From positions 32,001-96,000 of IMG/VR virus record IMGVR_UViG_3300037297_000135: DNA of 64,000 bases; one strand, given 5' to 3'. Of the stretch, positions 34,602 to 44,439 are shown one piece after another. This stretch comes from a virus. The notes under the pieces are model-generated. The model was given only the letters and a program-made list of their open reading frames with translations, did not search any database and had not been told where the DNA came from. The first letter of the stretch is position 1, and every line of letters starts with the position of its first letter. The translations under genes were made by a program, and so were the position numbers.

Positions 34602-35057
34602 ATGAATAATTTATGTAATGATGTTCAAGTATGTTCATCTAAAATTGTAGAATTTAATTTTATCAATATATATGAAATATCAGGTTATGAAAAGAGTATG
34701 CAATTTCAAAATGAAGTAACCTTTAAAACAACTTTAATAAAAGATTCTTTGGTTGAATTGCTTGTCAGCTTAAAGTTAAAAGACAAACAACCAAGTTCAA
34801 AAAATGTAAAAACTGAAACTATTTTTAGAATATTATTATTATCTAAATTTAATATTGATAAAAGTAAATTTGAAAAAGTTTCAAATGATGATAATAATGT
34901 AAAGATTGATGAAGATGTTTTGAAGAAAATGTTGAATATGTCTTTAACTTTAATTTCAGCAAAACTATCAATTTTATCTTCTTTAATGAATTTTGGTAGT
35001 TTGCAAATACCTGTGATATTAGATGCAGATAAAATAATGGTAAATCATAATGAATGA
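34602..35057 (+). CDS. SecB-like chaperone (tentative)
   Basis: 151 aa; four beta strands then helix LKKMLNMSLTLISAKLSILSSLMNFGSLQIP, matching the SecB-like pattern; own promoter TTGAAG-17-TATAAT at 34539-34567. Confidence 0.4.
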   Translation: MNNLCNDVQVCSSKIVEFNFINIYEISGYEKSMQFQNEVTFKTTLIKDSLVELLVSLKLKDKQPSSKNVKTETIFRILLLSKFNIDKSKFEKVSNDDNNVKIDEDVLKKMLNMSLTLISAKLSILSSLMNFGSLQIPVILDADKIMVNHNE

Positions 35058-35547
35058 TGGGAAAAGATTTGAAAACGATATAAAAAAATCTATTGGAGAT
35101 TTGTGTTTTTATCAAAGAATATATGACCAACCTTTTGATTTTTCATCAACTAAAACAAGATTCACCAAACAAAACCCATTTGATTGTTTTGTTTTTGCAA
35201 AAAGAATTTTGTTTTTATTTGAGTTAAAATCAACAAAACAGAAATCAATATCAGTTCAAAGAACTAAAAAAAATAGTGGAAATATAAAACTTCATCAAAT
35301 AGAAGCATTATCAAAAGCTTTTCGTTTTAAATTTATTGTTCCAGGATTTTTAATTAATTTTAGACTTGAAGAAAATTTTTGTTATTTTCTTCGAATAGAT
35401 AAATTTTTAAAAATTTTAAGTTTTACAAGTAAAAAAAGTATTAATATTAATGAAGTTAAACAATATGGGAATGAAATAAAAAATCGTAAATTAAAAACAA
35501 ATTATAGATATGATTTGCATAATTTTTTTGCACTTTATTCATTTTAG
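35050..35547 (+). CDS. recU: RecU-type Holliday junction resolvase
   Basis: GKRFENDI, NPFDC, LFELKST, IKLHQI. Confidence 0.8.
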   Translation: MNDGKRFENDIKKSIGDLCFYQRIYDQPFDFSSTKTRFTKQNPFDCFVFAKRILFLFELKSTKQKSISVQRTKKNSGNIKLHQIEALSKAFRFKFIVPGFLINFRLEENFCYFLRIDKFLKILSFTSKKSININEVKQYGNEIKNRKLKTNYRYDLHNFFALYSF

Positions 35548-35566
35548 TTAATTTTTTACAAGCAGA

Positions 35567-35696
35567 TTGCTTTTTGATATAAAAAGCGATTTGCTTTTTG
35601 ATATAAAAAAGAGTTTGCTTTTTGATATAAAAAGCGATTTGCTTTTTGATATAAAAAAGAGTTTGCTTTTTGATATAAAAAAGAGTTTGCTTTTTT
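35567..35696. repeat. Tandem 24-bp repeat, 5 full copies + partial (iteron-like; candidate origin)
   Basis: TTGCTTTTTGATATAAAAAGCGAT (A) / TTGCTTTTTGATATAAAAAAGAGT (B) in order A,B,A,B,B starting at 35567, 35591, 35615, 35639, 35663. Confidence 0.95.
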
Positions 35697-35767
35697 GGTT
35701 AACATAATATATAATTATTATTACATTATTAAATTAATATTATTTTTATATTAATAGGGAGGATTAT

Positions 35768-37885
35768 ATGTTACACTTTCATACTGGAAAATATAAAGTA
35801 AATCCTTACGAAAAAGCTGTTGAAATTAATTTTTATAAATATGATGTTGAACAGGTTAAAGCTGAAGTTATTCATAATATTTTATTAATTGATTTGAGTT
35901 GGTCAATTACATATGAATTGCATAAAATGAAAGAATCGTTAAAACAAATACTTAAAAAACTTAAAGGATATGTTTCAATTATTTGTTATGCTGGACATGG
36001 TCAATCATATATTCTTTTTGAATCAGTTGAATGCAATAAAACCTCATACAAAATGAATAGTGTATATGAAAAGATTGAACATATGGAAACTATTGGTTTA
36101 ACTGTAATGTCTGAACCACTTCGGAAATCGCTTGAAATTCAAAACAAACTAAATAAAATAGTTGATATGACTAATGTGATTTTGTTCACTGATGGTTGTA
36201 TTGTAACATATGATATTGCAAAGGAAGAAAAAAATTGTTTTGATATAGTTGATACATTAAACAAAACCAGTTGTATTGTTTCTACAATTGGATTTGGTCA
36301 ATATTACGATAAAACATTTCTAAAAAGAATTTCAAAACAAGGATATAATTGTCATATAGATGACATAAAAGAGTATAAAGAGGTTGTAAACAATATCATA
36401 AACAACTCAAAATACAAAACCAAAAGCAAAATTTTAAAATCAGAAAATATAAAAATGATGAATTTAACAACTGGTGAATGCGGATATTCATTAAATGTTT
36501 ATCCTCAAAATATTGTTGCTGTTATTTCAGATACTTTAGATTTTGAATGTGAAATTAAATTACAGAAAAAGATACCAGATGAAGTAGATAACTTTTATTA
36601 TGTATTAGCTAAAGAATATCTTACAAATGATGAAATCGATTTTTATGAAAGCATTGTTCGTACAAAATTAGGTGATATTGCTTTGTTCAAAAAAACTAAA
36701 GATTCATATAGTTTTATTGAAAAAGGCAATGCATTAAAACTTGTAAACGAATGTATTCAAAATGAAAAATCAAGGTTTAAAGATGGTAGGAAATTCATAA
36801 TTGAAGATGATAATGAAAATGATTTTTCTGTGCTTGATGTTATATCAAGTATAATGCAAGATAAAGAATCAAAATTATATTGGAATAGAAACACAGAATA
36901 TCATCGTATTGGATTAAAAACAAATAAAAAAGATGATGGTTTAGAATTTATAAAGAATCCAAATAAAGAATTGTTTCCAATTATAGATTGTGCTATATCA
37001 GATTCAAAATTAAATATTAACGTTAAAGTAAAATATGATGGAAAAGTTGTAAATTCAAAAAAAAGTTTGAATGGAAATGCAAATATATTTAGACAATATA
37101 ATTTGATAAATAATGGGAACTTAAATGTAAGATATTTATATACTGAGTTATCAGATGAATTATATAAAAAGTTAAAAGAAAATAGAATTAAAGTAATAAT
37201 ATATAATATTGAAGCTGAAATCCCAGTATATAGAATTGATTTTGATGGATTGAAAACAGCAAATAAAAGAATATTGAATTCATTATCTAGAGATGAATTA
37301 ATTAATTCAATGTTAAAAGTTAAAGAATTAAAATGTCAACAAAATATATTAAATAAAGAAATAAAAGATTTGCTAGGTGTTGATGATAAATTAGAATACG
37401 TTGAATCTATGAGTGAGATTGAAAAACAAATCAGAAGAGAACTAAGCATTGATGAAAATGGAACATTCAGAATGGATGTAGAGAAAAGTGATGAAGAGTA
37501 TGAAGTATATAAAGCTACACATTTAGAATGGTCTGTAAAGATTAATGAAAAAGATTGTAAAGAAAGATATAAAAATGATGTTGAAAAAGCAATGGGGAAT
37601 TTTGATAAAAAAGTAAAGATTAATTTATTAATCAAATTTAGAGAACAAATAAGAAAACAAATAAGACAAAACCAATTTAAAATTAATTGTATAAGAATAG
37701 CATCAGCAATGATGAATAGACCAATATTTGCTTTTGATGCTGTAAATGAAAAATATAAAAAATCAATTTGCAAAATAACAAATAGAAATATGATTGTTGG
37801 TGAAAAGGTTGAAATAGCTACAAAAATATTTGATAATACAATTTTTACTCAAAAAAAATGGAATCAATTATTAAAATGTAACTAA
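35768..37885 (+). CDS. vWA-domain protein, function unknown
   Basis: ILLIDLSWS (DxSxS), LTVMSEPL, VILFTDGC, TIGFGQYYD. Confidence 0.75.
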   Translation: MLHFHTGKYKVNPYEKAVEINFYKYDVEQVKAEVIHNILLIDLSWSITYELHKMKESLKQILKKLKGYVSIICYAGHGQSYILFESVECNKTSYKMNSVYEKIEHMETIGLTVMSEPLRKSLEIQNKLNKIVDMTNVILFTDGCIVTYDIAKEEKNCFDIVDTLNKTSCIVSTIGFGQYYDKTFLKRISKQGYNCHIDDIKEYKEVVNNIINNSKYKTKSKILKSENIKMMNLTTGECGYSLNVYPQNIVAVISDTLDFECEIKLQKKIPDEVDNFYYVLAKEYLTNDEIDFYESIVRTKLGDIALFKKTKDSYSFIEKGNALKLVNECIQNEKSRFKDGRKFIIEDDNENDFSVLDVISSIMQDKESKLYWNRNTEYHRIGLKTNKKDDGLEFIKNPNKELFPIIDCAISDSKLNINVKVKYDGKVVNSKKSLNGNANIFRQYNLINNGNLNVRYLYTELSDELYKKLKENRIKVIIYNIEAEIPVYRIDFDGLKTANKRILNSLSRDELINSMLKVKELKCQQNILNKEIKDLLGVDDKLEYVESMSEIEKQIRRELSIDENGTFRMDVEKSDEEYEVYKATHLEWSVKINEKDCKERYKNDVEKAMGNFDKKVKINLLIKFREQIRKQIRQNQFKINCIRIASAMMNRPIFAFDAVNEKYKKSICKITNRNMIVGEKVEIATKIFDNTIFTQKKWNQLLKCN

Positions 37886-37932
37886 TAAATATTTATTTTA
37901 TTTTAATTAAAAATATAGGGGAGTAACTAAAA

Positions 37933-38847
37933 ATGAATAATATAAAAAATACTAAAAGTACTTTTCAATTAAGAGGTATAATTTCAGGATTAGAAGGAAA
38001 CAAAAAGAATTTTGGTTATGAATGCGGAGTATTAGATAAAGGTAATTCTGCTGGCAAAGAATATAATAAAATAAGATTTTATATTCAAACAAGTAAAAAC
38101 AATAAAATTCCTGTTGAACTTTTTGGCATAGTTAAGGAAAAAGTTTGTTTTTATTCAAAACAAAAAAAAGATTCTAAAATGATTCCGTGGAACAATCGTC
38201 TTACAGCTAAAATTGAAGGTTATGAATATATTATTGCTGAATTTGATTTGATTGAAAAAATCAAAAAAGATTTTAAAGATGGTAATAGTGTATTTGTAAA
38301 TGGTGAGTTTCAATTTAGTGAATATGAAGATAATCAAGGGAACAAAAAAAATCAAACCAGGTATTTGATTAAAACAATCTATTCAACAAAAGAAGATTTG
38401 ACAAATGATGATTTTGAAAAAAAAGATTTTGAAGAAAAAAACACATTTCAACAAGAAATAATTATAAATTCTGTAGATGAAGTTGTTGCTGATAAAAAAA
38501 CATATGTTAATGCTTATGTGCATGATTTTAAAGGAATTCATAATACAACTTTTGTTATAGAGTCTAATAAAGATACTCAAAAACTAAAAAATAGTTTTAA
38601 AACATTAAGACTTGGTGATTTTATAAAGATTCATGGTGTTATAAATTATCAGGTTGAAAAATACATGAAAAAAGGTGGAGATTGGGGAGATGAACCAATT
38701 ATTAATGTAAACAAATCATTAGAAATAAAAGGTGCTGACCCTGCTACGCTTGAAAGAAAGATGTATACTGAAACTGATTTAATAGTAAAAAAAGAAAATG
38801 TTCCAGATAACTTAGAAGAAGAAAAAAAATTAGGATTTAAATTATAA
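37933..38847 (+). CDS. Putative single-stranded DNA-binding protein (tandem OB-fold-like)
   Basis: STFQLRGII, VFVNGEFQFSEY, FIKIHGVI; precedes the AAA ATPase as in the SPbeta-type replication module. Confidence 0.6.
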   Translation: MNNIKNTKSTFQLRGIISGLEGNKKNFGYECGVLDKGNSAGKEYNKIRFYIQTSKNNKIPVELFGIVKEKVCFYSKQKKDSKMIPWNNRLTAKIEGYEYIIAEFDLIEKIKKDFKDGNSVFVNGEFQFSEYEDNQGNKKNQTRYLIKTIYSTKEDLTNDDFEKKDFEEKNTFQQEIIINSVDEVVADKKTYVNAYVHDFKGIHNTTFVIESNKDTQKLKNSFKTLRLGDFIKIHGVINYQVEKYMKKGGDWGDEPIINVNKSLEIKGADPATLERKMYTETDLIVKKENVPDNLEEEKKLGFKL

Positions 38848-38894
38848 ACAATTATTTATTTTATTTTAATTAAAACATAGGGGAGTAACTTAAT

Positions 38895-39935
38895 ATGAGT
38901 TTAAAAGACTTAAAACCACATGTGGTTTCTACAAACATGGAAGAATATATCCAGATTATTGTTGGTGTGCGTAAAACAGGTAAAACTACTTTGTTTAAAA
39001 ATTTGGTAATTGAAAAATATGGTTCTCCAAACGCTGGTTTGTTATTGGCTTTTGAAATGGGATATAAAGCATTAAATGATGTAGTTCCAATAGATGTAGA
39101 AGATTGGAGCCATTTTGAAAATTTAATTGATGAGTTGGTATATAGTAAAGATGAAATGCCATACAAAATCATAGGTATAGATACTATTGATGAAATGGTT
39201 AATATGGCCGAACAATATACAATTAAATTTTTCAATAGAAAAGCTGATATAGATAAAAGAGCTGCAACAATCAATGAAGCAGGTGGAGGATATAACAGAG
39301 GAAAACAATATGCAATATCAATTTTGCGAAATGCTTTAAACAAACTTCAAAAAGCAGGATATGGAATATTTTTAATTGGACATTCAAAAGAGAAAAAGAA
39401 AAAGACCACTACAGGTGTTGAATATGTTCAATTAAGTTGTAATCTTACAGATGATTACAACGATGTATTACTTAATTCTGCTGACTTCATCACATTTTTA
39501 ACTACTGAAAAAACAGTTGAAGGCACTGCATTAACCAATGAACAAGTGTTCATGAATTTCAGGGGATATGAATTTGATTGTGGGTCAAGATTGTACAATG
39601 TACCCAAAAGGATTGAGTATGATGTTAAAAAATATATTGAAGTCTTTGAAAGTGCTGTAAAAGAATTAGTCAGTGAAAAAGGTAAAAATTTTGAAGAAGT
39701 TAAAGAACAACAAAAAATAGAAAATAAAGAAAAAGCAAAAAAAGAAATTGAAAAAATAAAAGCTAAAGAAATGTCTGAAATCATATTTTTGATTAAAGGG
39801 CAAATGAAACAAGGACTTCAAAACAATACACTAACAACTGATGCTATCAATGAATTGTTAGCAAAATATGACCTTAAATCTCCTGATGATTTGAAAGATA
39901 AAAATATTGCTGTTGAAATTTTAAACAGTTTGTGA
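38895..39935 (+). CDS. AAA_24/Sak4-like ATPase (ssDNA annealing/recombination)
   Basis: Walker A GVRKTGKT, LAFEMGY, IIGIDTIDE Walker B, LIGH. Confidence 0.85.
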   Translation: MSLKDLKPHVVSTNMEEYIQIIVGVRKTGKTTLFKNLVIEKYGSPNAGLLLAFEMGYKALNDVVPIDVEDWSHFENLIDELVYSKDEMPYKIIGIDTIDEMVNMAEQYTIKFFNRKADIDKRAATINEAGGGYNRGKQYAISILRNALNKLQKAGYGIFLIGHSKEKKKKTTTGVEYVQLSCNLTDDYNDVLLNSADFITFLTTEKTVEGTALTNEQVFMNFRGYEFDCGSRLYNVPKRIEYDVKKYIEVFESAVKELVSEKGKNFEEVKEQQKIENKEKAKKEIEKIKAKEMSEIIFLIKGQMKQGLQNNTLTTDAINELLAKYDLKSPDDLKDKNIAVEILNSL

Positions 39936-40068
39936 TTTGATTTTGAACAAAAAAAATGTATCTGTTGAGTAGTTGAAATGTGATTTTATATATAACAGAA
40001 AAACACTTTTTAAATGGTTATCTAATTAATAGAGTTTTTTATATGATTTTATATGTAAATATTTTAAG

Positions 40069-40150
40069 ATTACAGTATGAAAGCAAAAAAAATATTGCTC
40101 ATTACCTCCCAGTATTTGATATTGATATTGTAAAACTTTCATACTGTAAT
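40069..40150. repeat. Perfect 15-bp inverted repeat in a 300-bp intergenic region
   Basis: ATTACAGTATGAAAG / CTTTCATACTGTAAT, 52-nt loop containing ACCTCCC. Confidence 0.85.
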
Positions 40151-40239
40151 TAAATTTTATTACAGCATCATAATATTTTACAAATATACTAATTTCACAA
40201 TTCATTTAAGCATATTTGTGAAGAAAGGAGATATTTTTT

Positions 40240-40644
40240 ATGTGGATAGAAACAAAAAAAATTTTTTATGATTTGATTGAAAAACATTTTGGACAAAATA
40301 TTAATTTAATACAAAATTATTCAATTTCAAATATAAAAAAAACTATATTGGCTGAACAAAGAATATTAACAAATAAAGGGCAACAAATACAAATAACTGC
40401 AAATGCTAGATTAAATTTAGAAGTAAAAAATAATTTAGATAATACAATAAAAACAATTGAAAAAATATTTATTAATCAAGAATATGAATATGGAAGATAT
40501 AAAATTGGAACAAATATTTCAAATATAAGAGAATATAATGATTTAAATGGGAAAGAACCTGTTAATATTTGTATTAATATAGATATTGAATATAGAAAAA
40601 ACACAATGATTGAAGATGAAAAAAATGAAAAAAACAATACATAA
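40240..40644 (+). CDS. Hypothetical protein
   Basis: 134 aa, AAGGAG RBS. Confidence 0.65.
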   Translation: MWIETKKIFYDLIEKHFGQNINLIQNYSISNIKKTILAEQRILTNKGQQIQITANARLNLEVKNNLDNTIKTIEKIFINQEYEYGRYKIGTNISNIREYNDLNGKEPVNICINIDIEYRKNTMIEDEKNEKNNT

Positions 40645-41113
40645 ATATAAATGCAAAATTTGTAAATCATTGATTGAGCCAAATGATTTGTTTGTAGTCA
40701 ATCATATAACAAAAAGCGGAAACAAATCAATTCAAAGGTTTCATGAGGATTGTTATAAAAAGCAACAAATAAATAAAAAAGAAAAAGACAAATTTTACAA
40801 ATACATAGAAGACAATTTTTTTAATATTTGTATACCGACATTGTTTTTTGCTGATATATCAAAAATCAAAGGGAATTGTAGCTACAATGATATATTAGAT
40901 TGTTGTATAGATATTGATTTAATAGGCATTATAAGCAAAAAAGATTTTAAAAATGATAGAGTGAAAACAAAATATATAATTGAAGTAATAAAAAGCAATA
41001 TAAATAAATATATGGATAAAAAAATGAAAATGGATATGGAATACTATATTTCACATAATTTTTTAGATAGAAGCAAATATAAATATAAAACTTCTATGGA
41101 TTTGAATATATAA
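40610..41113 (+). CDS. Zn-finger protein upstream of the helicase (possible loader/replication factor)
   Basis: CKIC...HEDC; position equivalent to the gene between ATPase and helicase in SPbeta-type modules. Confidence 0.55.
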   Translation: MKMKKMKKTIHKYKCKICKSLIEPNDLFVVNHITKSGNKSIQRFHEDCYKKQQINKKEKDKFYKYIEDNFFNICIPTLFFADISKIKGNCSYNDILDCCIDIDLIGIISKKDFKNDRVKTKYIIEVIKSNINKYMDKKMKMDMEYYISHNFLDRSKYKYKTSMDLNI

Positions 41114-41129
41114 ATTAGGGGATAACAAA

Positions 41130-41450
41130 ATGATTTTTAATTTTATTTTAATTATTTTTGCTCATTATATTTTAGACTATCCATTACAAAGCGATTATTT
41201 AGCAATAACTAAAGGTAAAGATTGGTATAGTTTATTAGCACATAGTTTGATATATGCATTAGGTATTTCGTTATGTTTATATTATATAGAATGTTTTGAA
41301 ATATGGAAGTGTTTTATATTAATAATTAGTCATTATATTATTGATTATAAAAAATCACATGCAATAGATAAAAAAAAATCAAATACAATATATTTATATA
41401 TAGACCAAATATTACATATATGTATAAATATAATTTTAATTTTTATATAA
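41130..41450 (+). CDS. DUF3307-like membrane protein
   Basis: AHYILDYPLQ, LLAHSLIY, SHYIIDY, IDQILHI. Confidence 0.8.
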   Translation: MIFNFILIIFAHYILDYPLQSDYLAITKGKDWYSLLAHSLIYALGISLCLYYIECFEIWKCFILIISHYIIDYKKSHAIDKKKSNTIYLYIDQILHICINIILIFI

Positions 41451-41464
41451 ATTAGGGGATAACA

Positions 41465-42892
41465 ATGTTAAAAGATGTAGCTAATGAAGGAATCATAATT
41501 GGGTTTATATATAGATTCCCTGAATTGTTAAATGAATATATGGAATTAATAATACCTAAATTTGATTTCACAAATCAAGAGGTTTATTTTTTATATAAAA
41601 TTTTAATGGAATCATATATTGAATATGGACATTTAGATAAAACAAGTATAAGTATTTATATTTCAACATTGGATGATGAAAACAAAGCATTATGGAAACA
41701 AGTTAAAGGATTTGAAACTTTAAACAAACTTGCTGAAATTTCAAAATCCATTGAAACATTTGAAATAGCGTATAAAAAACTGAAAGTTTTTAATGTTTTA
41801 AGGCATTTAGACAAACAAGGATTCAATGTTAAAGATAACCTGGATAAATTCAAAAATAAAGATGCTGATTTCATAATTAAATTTTATGAAAATCAATTAG
41901 TTAAATCTGTTAACTATGTAAAAAATATAAATGATTCTGAGCTTTTGGGAAAAGATATTTTAAAAACATATGAAAAACTTAAAGAAACACCTGAAATTGG
42001 TATTACAATTCCATTCCCTATTATTGATTCAATAACTCGTGGATGGAGAAAAAACACTATATATGCTCATGCAATGCATAGTGGATATGGTAAAAGTAGA
42101 TTGATTTCAAATATACTTTCAAACATATCAATTTTCAATCAAATACCTGTTTTATTTTGTGTGAATGAACAAAACAAAATGGAAATTGAATTAATGATAC
42201 TTACGTGTGTTGCTAACAATATGTTCGCTAAAGAACATGGAATTTTAATAAATGAAAGTGATATAGCATTAGGGAATTTGAAAGATAAAGCAGATGAAAT
42301 CATGATAAAAGCTGCTAAATATATAGAAAAAAATACAAAATTGTATTTTTATGAAATGCAAATATGGGATTTAAATTCAATCAAAATGATACTTAAACGA
42401 AACAAATTCAAAGGTATAGATTATGCTGTAATAGACACTTTTAAAGCAATGAGAGGGATATACAACAATGGTATGAGTGATTGGATGCAGTTTGTTCATA
42501 CTGCTGAAAAACTTAAAGAAATTATAGGTTCAGAAAAAAAAGGTGGTTTAGATATGGGTTTATGGATAACCCTTCAAATGACAGATGATTCATTGATTTC
42601 AAAATTGATGAACAGCACAAGTTTAGCAACTGGCAAACAAGTTAAACATCATTTGGATTATTTGATGTTATTCAGACCTATTACAAAATCAGAAAAAGAT
42701 AAAATAAAAGTTATGATATCAATGCCCAATAATGCATTTAATGGTACTGAAATGGAACTTAAAAAAGACAAACAATATTATCTTGGTGTGGTTGATAAAA
42801 ACAGAGGTGGAAGAGATAAGCAACAAATTATATATGAAGTTGATAAAGGTTCTATGATTTTTAAAGAACTTGGATATGCAATAAATAATTAA
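41465..42892 (+). CDS. dnaB: Replicative DnaB-like helicase
   Basis: Walker A HSGYGKS, VNEQ, VIDTFK, ITLQM, DKNRGG. Confidence 0.88.
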   Translation: MLKDVANEGIIIGFIYRFPELLNEYMELIIPKFDFTNQEVYFLYKILMESYIEYGHLDKTSISIYISTLDDENKALWKQVKGFETLNKLAEISKSIETFEIAYKKLKVFNVLRHLDKQGFNVKDNLDKFKNKDADFIIKFYENQLVKSVNYVKNINDSELLGKDILKTYEKLKETPEIGITIPFPIIDSITRGWRKNTIYAHAMHSGYGKSRLISNILSNISIFNQIPVLFCVNEQNKMEIELMILTCVANNMFAKEHGILINESDIALGNLKDKADEIMIKAAKYIEKNTKLYFYEMQIWDLNSIKMILKRNKFKGIDYAVIDTFKAMRGIYNNGMSDWMQFVHTAEKLKEIIGSEKKGGLDMGLWITLQMTDDSLISKLMNSTSLATGKQVKHHLDYLMLFRPITKSEKDKIKVMISMPNNAFNGTEMELKKDKQYYLGVVDKNRGGRDKQQIIYEVDKGSMIFKELGYAINN

Positions 42893-42903
42893 AGGAGGAT
42901 TGT

Positions 42904-43911
42904 ATGTCTGGTTTAGATTTAAAAACATATATAAATGATAATCATATATATAAAATTTTAAAACATTTAGAATGTAATGATATAAAAGAACATCCTAAAT
43001 ATTTTTCATGCAGCAATCCTGATGGAGATAACCAAAATGCAATAATAGTATATAAAAATACATTAAATGTTGAAAATTATACAAGACCTGAATTTAATGA
43101 TTATTATATTAAAGATATAATCTCTTTAGTTGAATTTATATTAGATATAAATTATTACAAAGCAATTAAAATTATTTGTGAAATATGTGGTTTTGATTAT
43201 TATAATCTTGGGAATTCAAATAGTTCATTGCTAACTATAATCAAAAATATAGAAACAAATAATTTTGAAACTGAAGAAAAATTCATTGAATTAAATGAAA
43301 ATATTTTAGATATATATGAAAAAACTCCTACAAAAAAATGGATTGATAGTCAAATAAATTATGAAGCACATGAAAAATTCAATATACGTTTTGATTTGTT
43401 TTCTGAAAGAATAATTATTCCTATTTACGATGAAATTGGGAATCTAATAGGAATCAAAGGCAGGTCTTTAAATGATAATGAAGATAACAAATATGTGTAT
43501 TTATATGAATGTCCAAAAAGCAAAATACTTTATGGACTGTATCAAAATTATCATAACATAAAAGCTCAAAACCATGTGATTATAGTTGAAGGTGAAAAAT
43601 CGGTAATCAAATTATATGGTTTTGGATATCGAAATGTTATAGCAATTGGTGGAAAATATCCTTCAAAACATCAAATCGAAAAGATATTGAGATTAGGAGT
43701 TAAAAATATAACACTTGCTTTAGATAAAGATGTAAGCAATAAAGAAATTAAAAATATATGTAAAAAATTTGATATAGGCTTGGAATTTTTAAACATTGAA
43801 TATTTGTATGATACTTATAACTTCATGAATAAAAAAGATTCACCATCAGATGATATAAATATATTCAAATTACTATTAGATAAATTCAGGTATAAATATG
43901 TATCTATATAA
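42904..43911 (+). CDS. dnaG: DNA primase (Toprim)
   Basis: RIIIPIYDEIGNLIGIKGR, IIVEGEKS, LALDKD. Confidence 0.88.
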   Translation: MSGLDLKTYINDNHIYKILKHLECNDIKEHPKYFSCSNPDGDNQNAIIVYKNTLNVENYTRPEFNDYYIKDIISLVEFILDINYYKAIKIICEICGFDYYNLGNSNSSLLTIIKNIETNNFETEEKFIELNENILDIYEKTPTKKWIDSQINYEAHEKFNIRFDLFSERIIIPIYDEIGNLIGIKGRSLNDNEDNKYVYLYECPKSKILYGLYQNYHNIKAQNHVIIVEGEKSVIKLYGFGYRNVIAIGGKYPSKHQIEKILRLGVKNITLALDKDVSNKEIKNICKKFDIGLEFLNIEYLYDTYNFMNKKDSPSDDINIFKLLLDKFRYKYVSI

Positions 43912-44173
43912 ATTTTTAGGAACCAAAGATGAAGTTTTATATATTGGGAAAACGAATAATTTGAAACATAGGTTCAACAGTCACAAACAAGATAAATATT
44001 GGTGGAATGAAATAAAAAAGATTGAATTCACTCAAATAAATAATTTTTTAGTAGACATATATGAAAGATTTTATATAAACTATTATAAAGCTAAATACAA
44101 TGTAAAAGATTCAAATATGAAATATAAAGAATTTAATTTAAAACTTTTAAAATGGAGTGAATTTAATGATTAA
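43898..44173 (+). CDS. Small GIY-YIG nuclease
   Basis: YLYKF...LYIGKTNNLKHRFNSH...ERFYI. Confidence 0.8.
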   Translation: MYLYKFLGTKDEVLYIGKTNNLKHRFNSHKQDKYWWNEIKKIEFTQINNFLVDIYERFYINYYKAKYNVKDSNMKYKEFNLKLLKWSEFND

Positions 44174-44435
44174 AAATTTAATGTGTTTGATTTTTATATT
44201 GGGCATTTGTTATTTTTTTCAAACTCAGTTTGAATATGCATATTTGATTGAAATTGGTTTGATTTTGATTTTGACTTATTTTTACGTAGATTCAATAAAC
44301 AAAGAAAAAAAATCAATTAAAAAAGTTTTTGAATGTTTTAAAGAACTTTATGAAGGTGTTGAAGGTTTTGAAAAATCTGAAAAAAACAAAGAAAAACTTT
44401 TAAAAATATATAAAAATATAAAAGAAAAAATATAA
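44157..44435 (+). CDS. Small membrane protein
   Basis: Two hydrophobic segments followed by a charged tail. Confidence 0.6.
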   Translation: MNLMIKNLMCLIFILGICYFFQTQFEYAYLIEIGLILILTYFYVDSINKEKKSIKKVFECFKELYEGVEGFEKSEKNKEKLLKIYKNIKEKI

Positions 44436-44439
44436 ATTA

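Noticed and set aside
35567-35696. CRISPR array
   Set aside because: The units abut with an exact 24-bp period and no unique spacers, and no cas genes are present.
40070-40110. Antisense type I toxin peptide behind GGGAGG
   Set aside because: The SD-to-ATG spacing is only 1-2 nt and the ORF is 10 codons.
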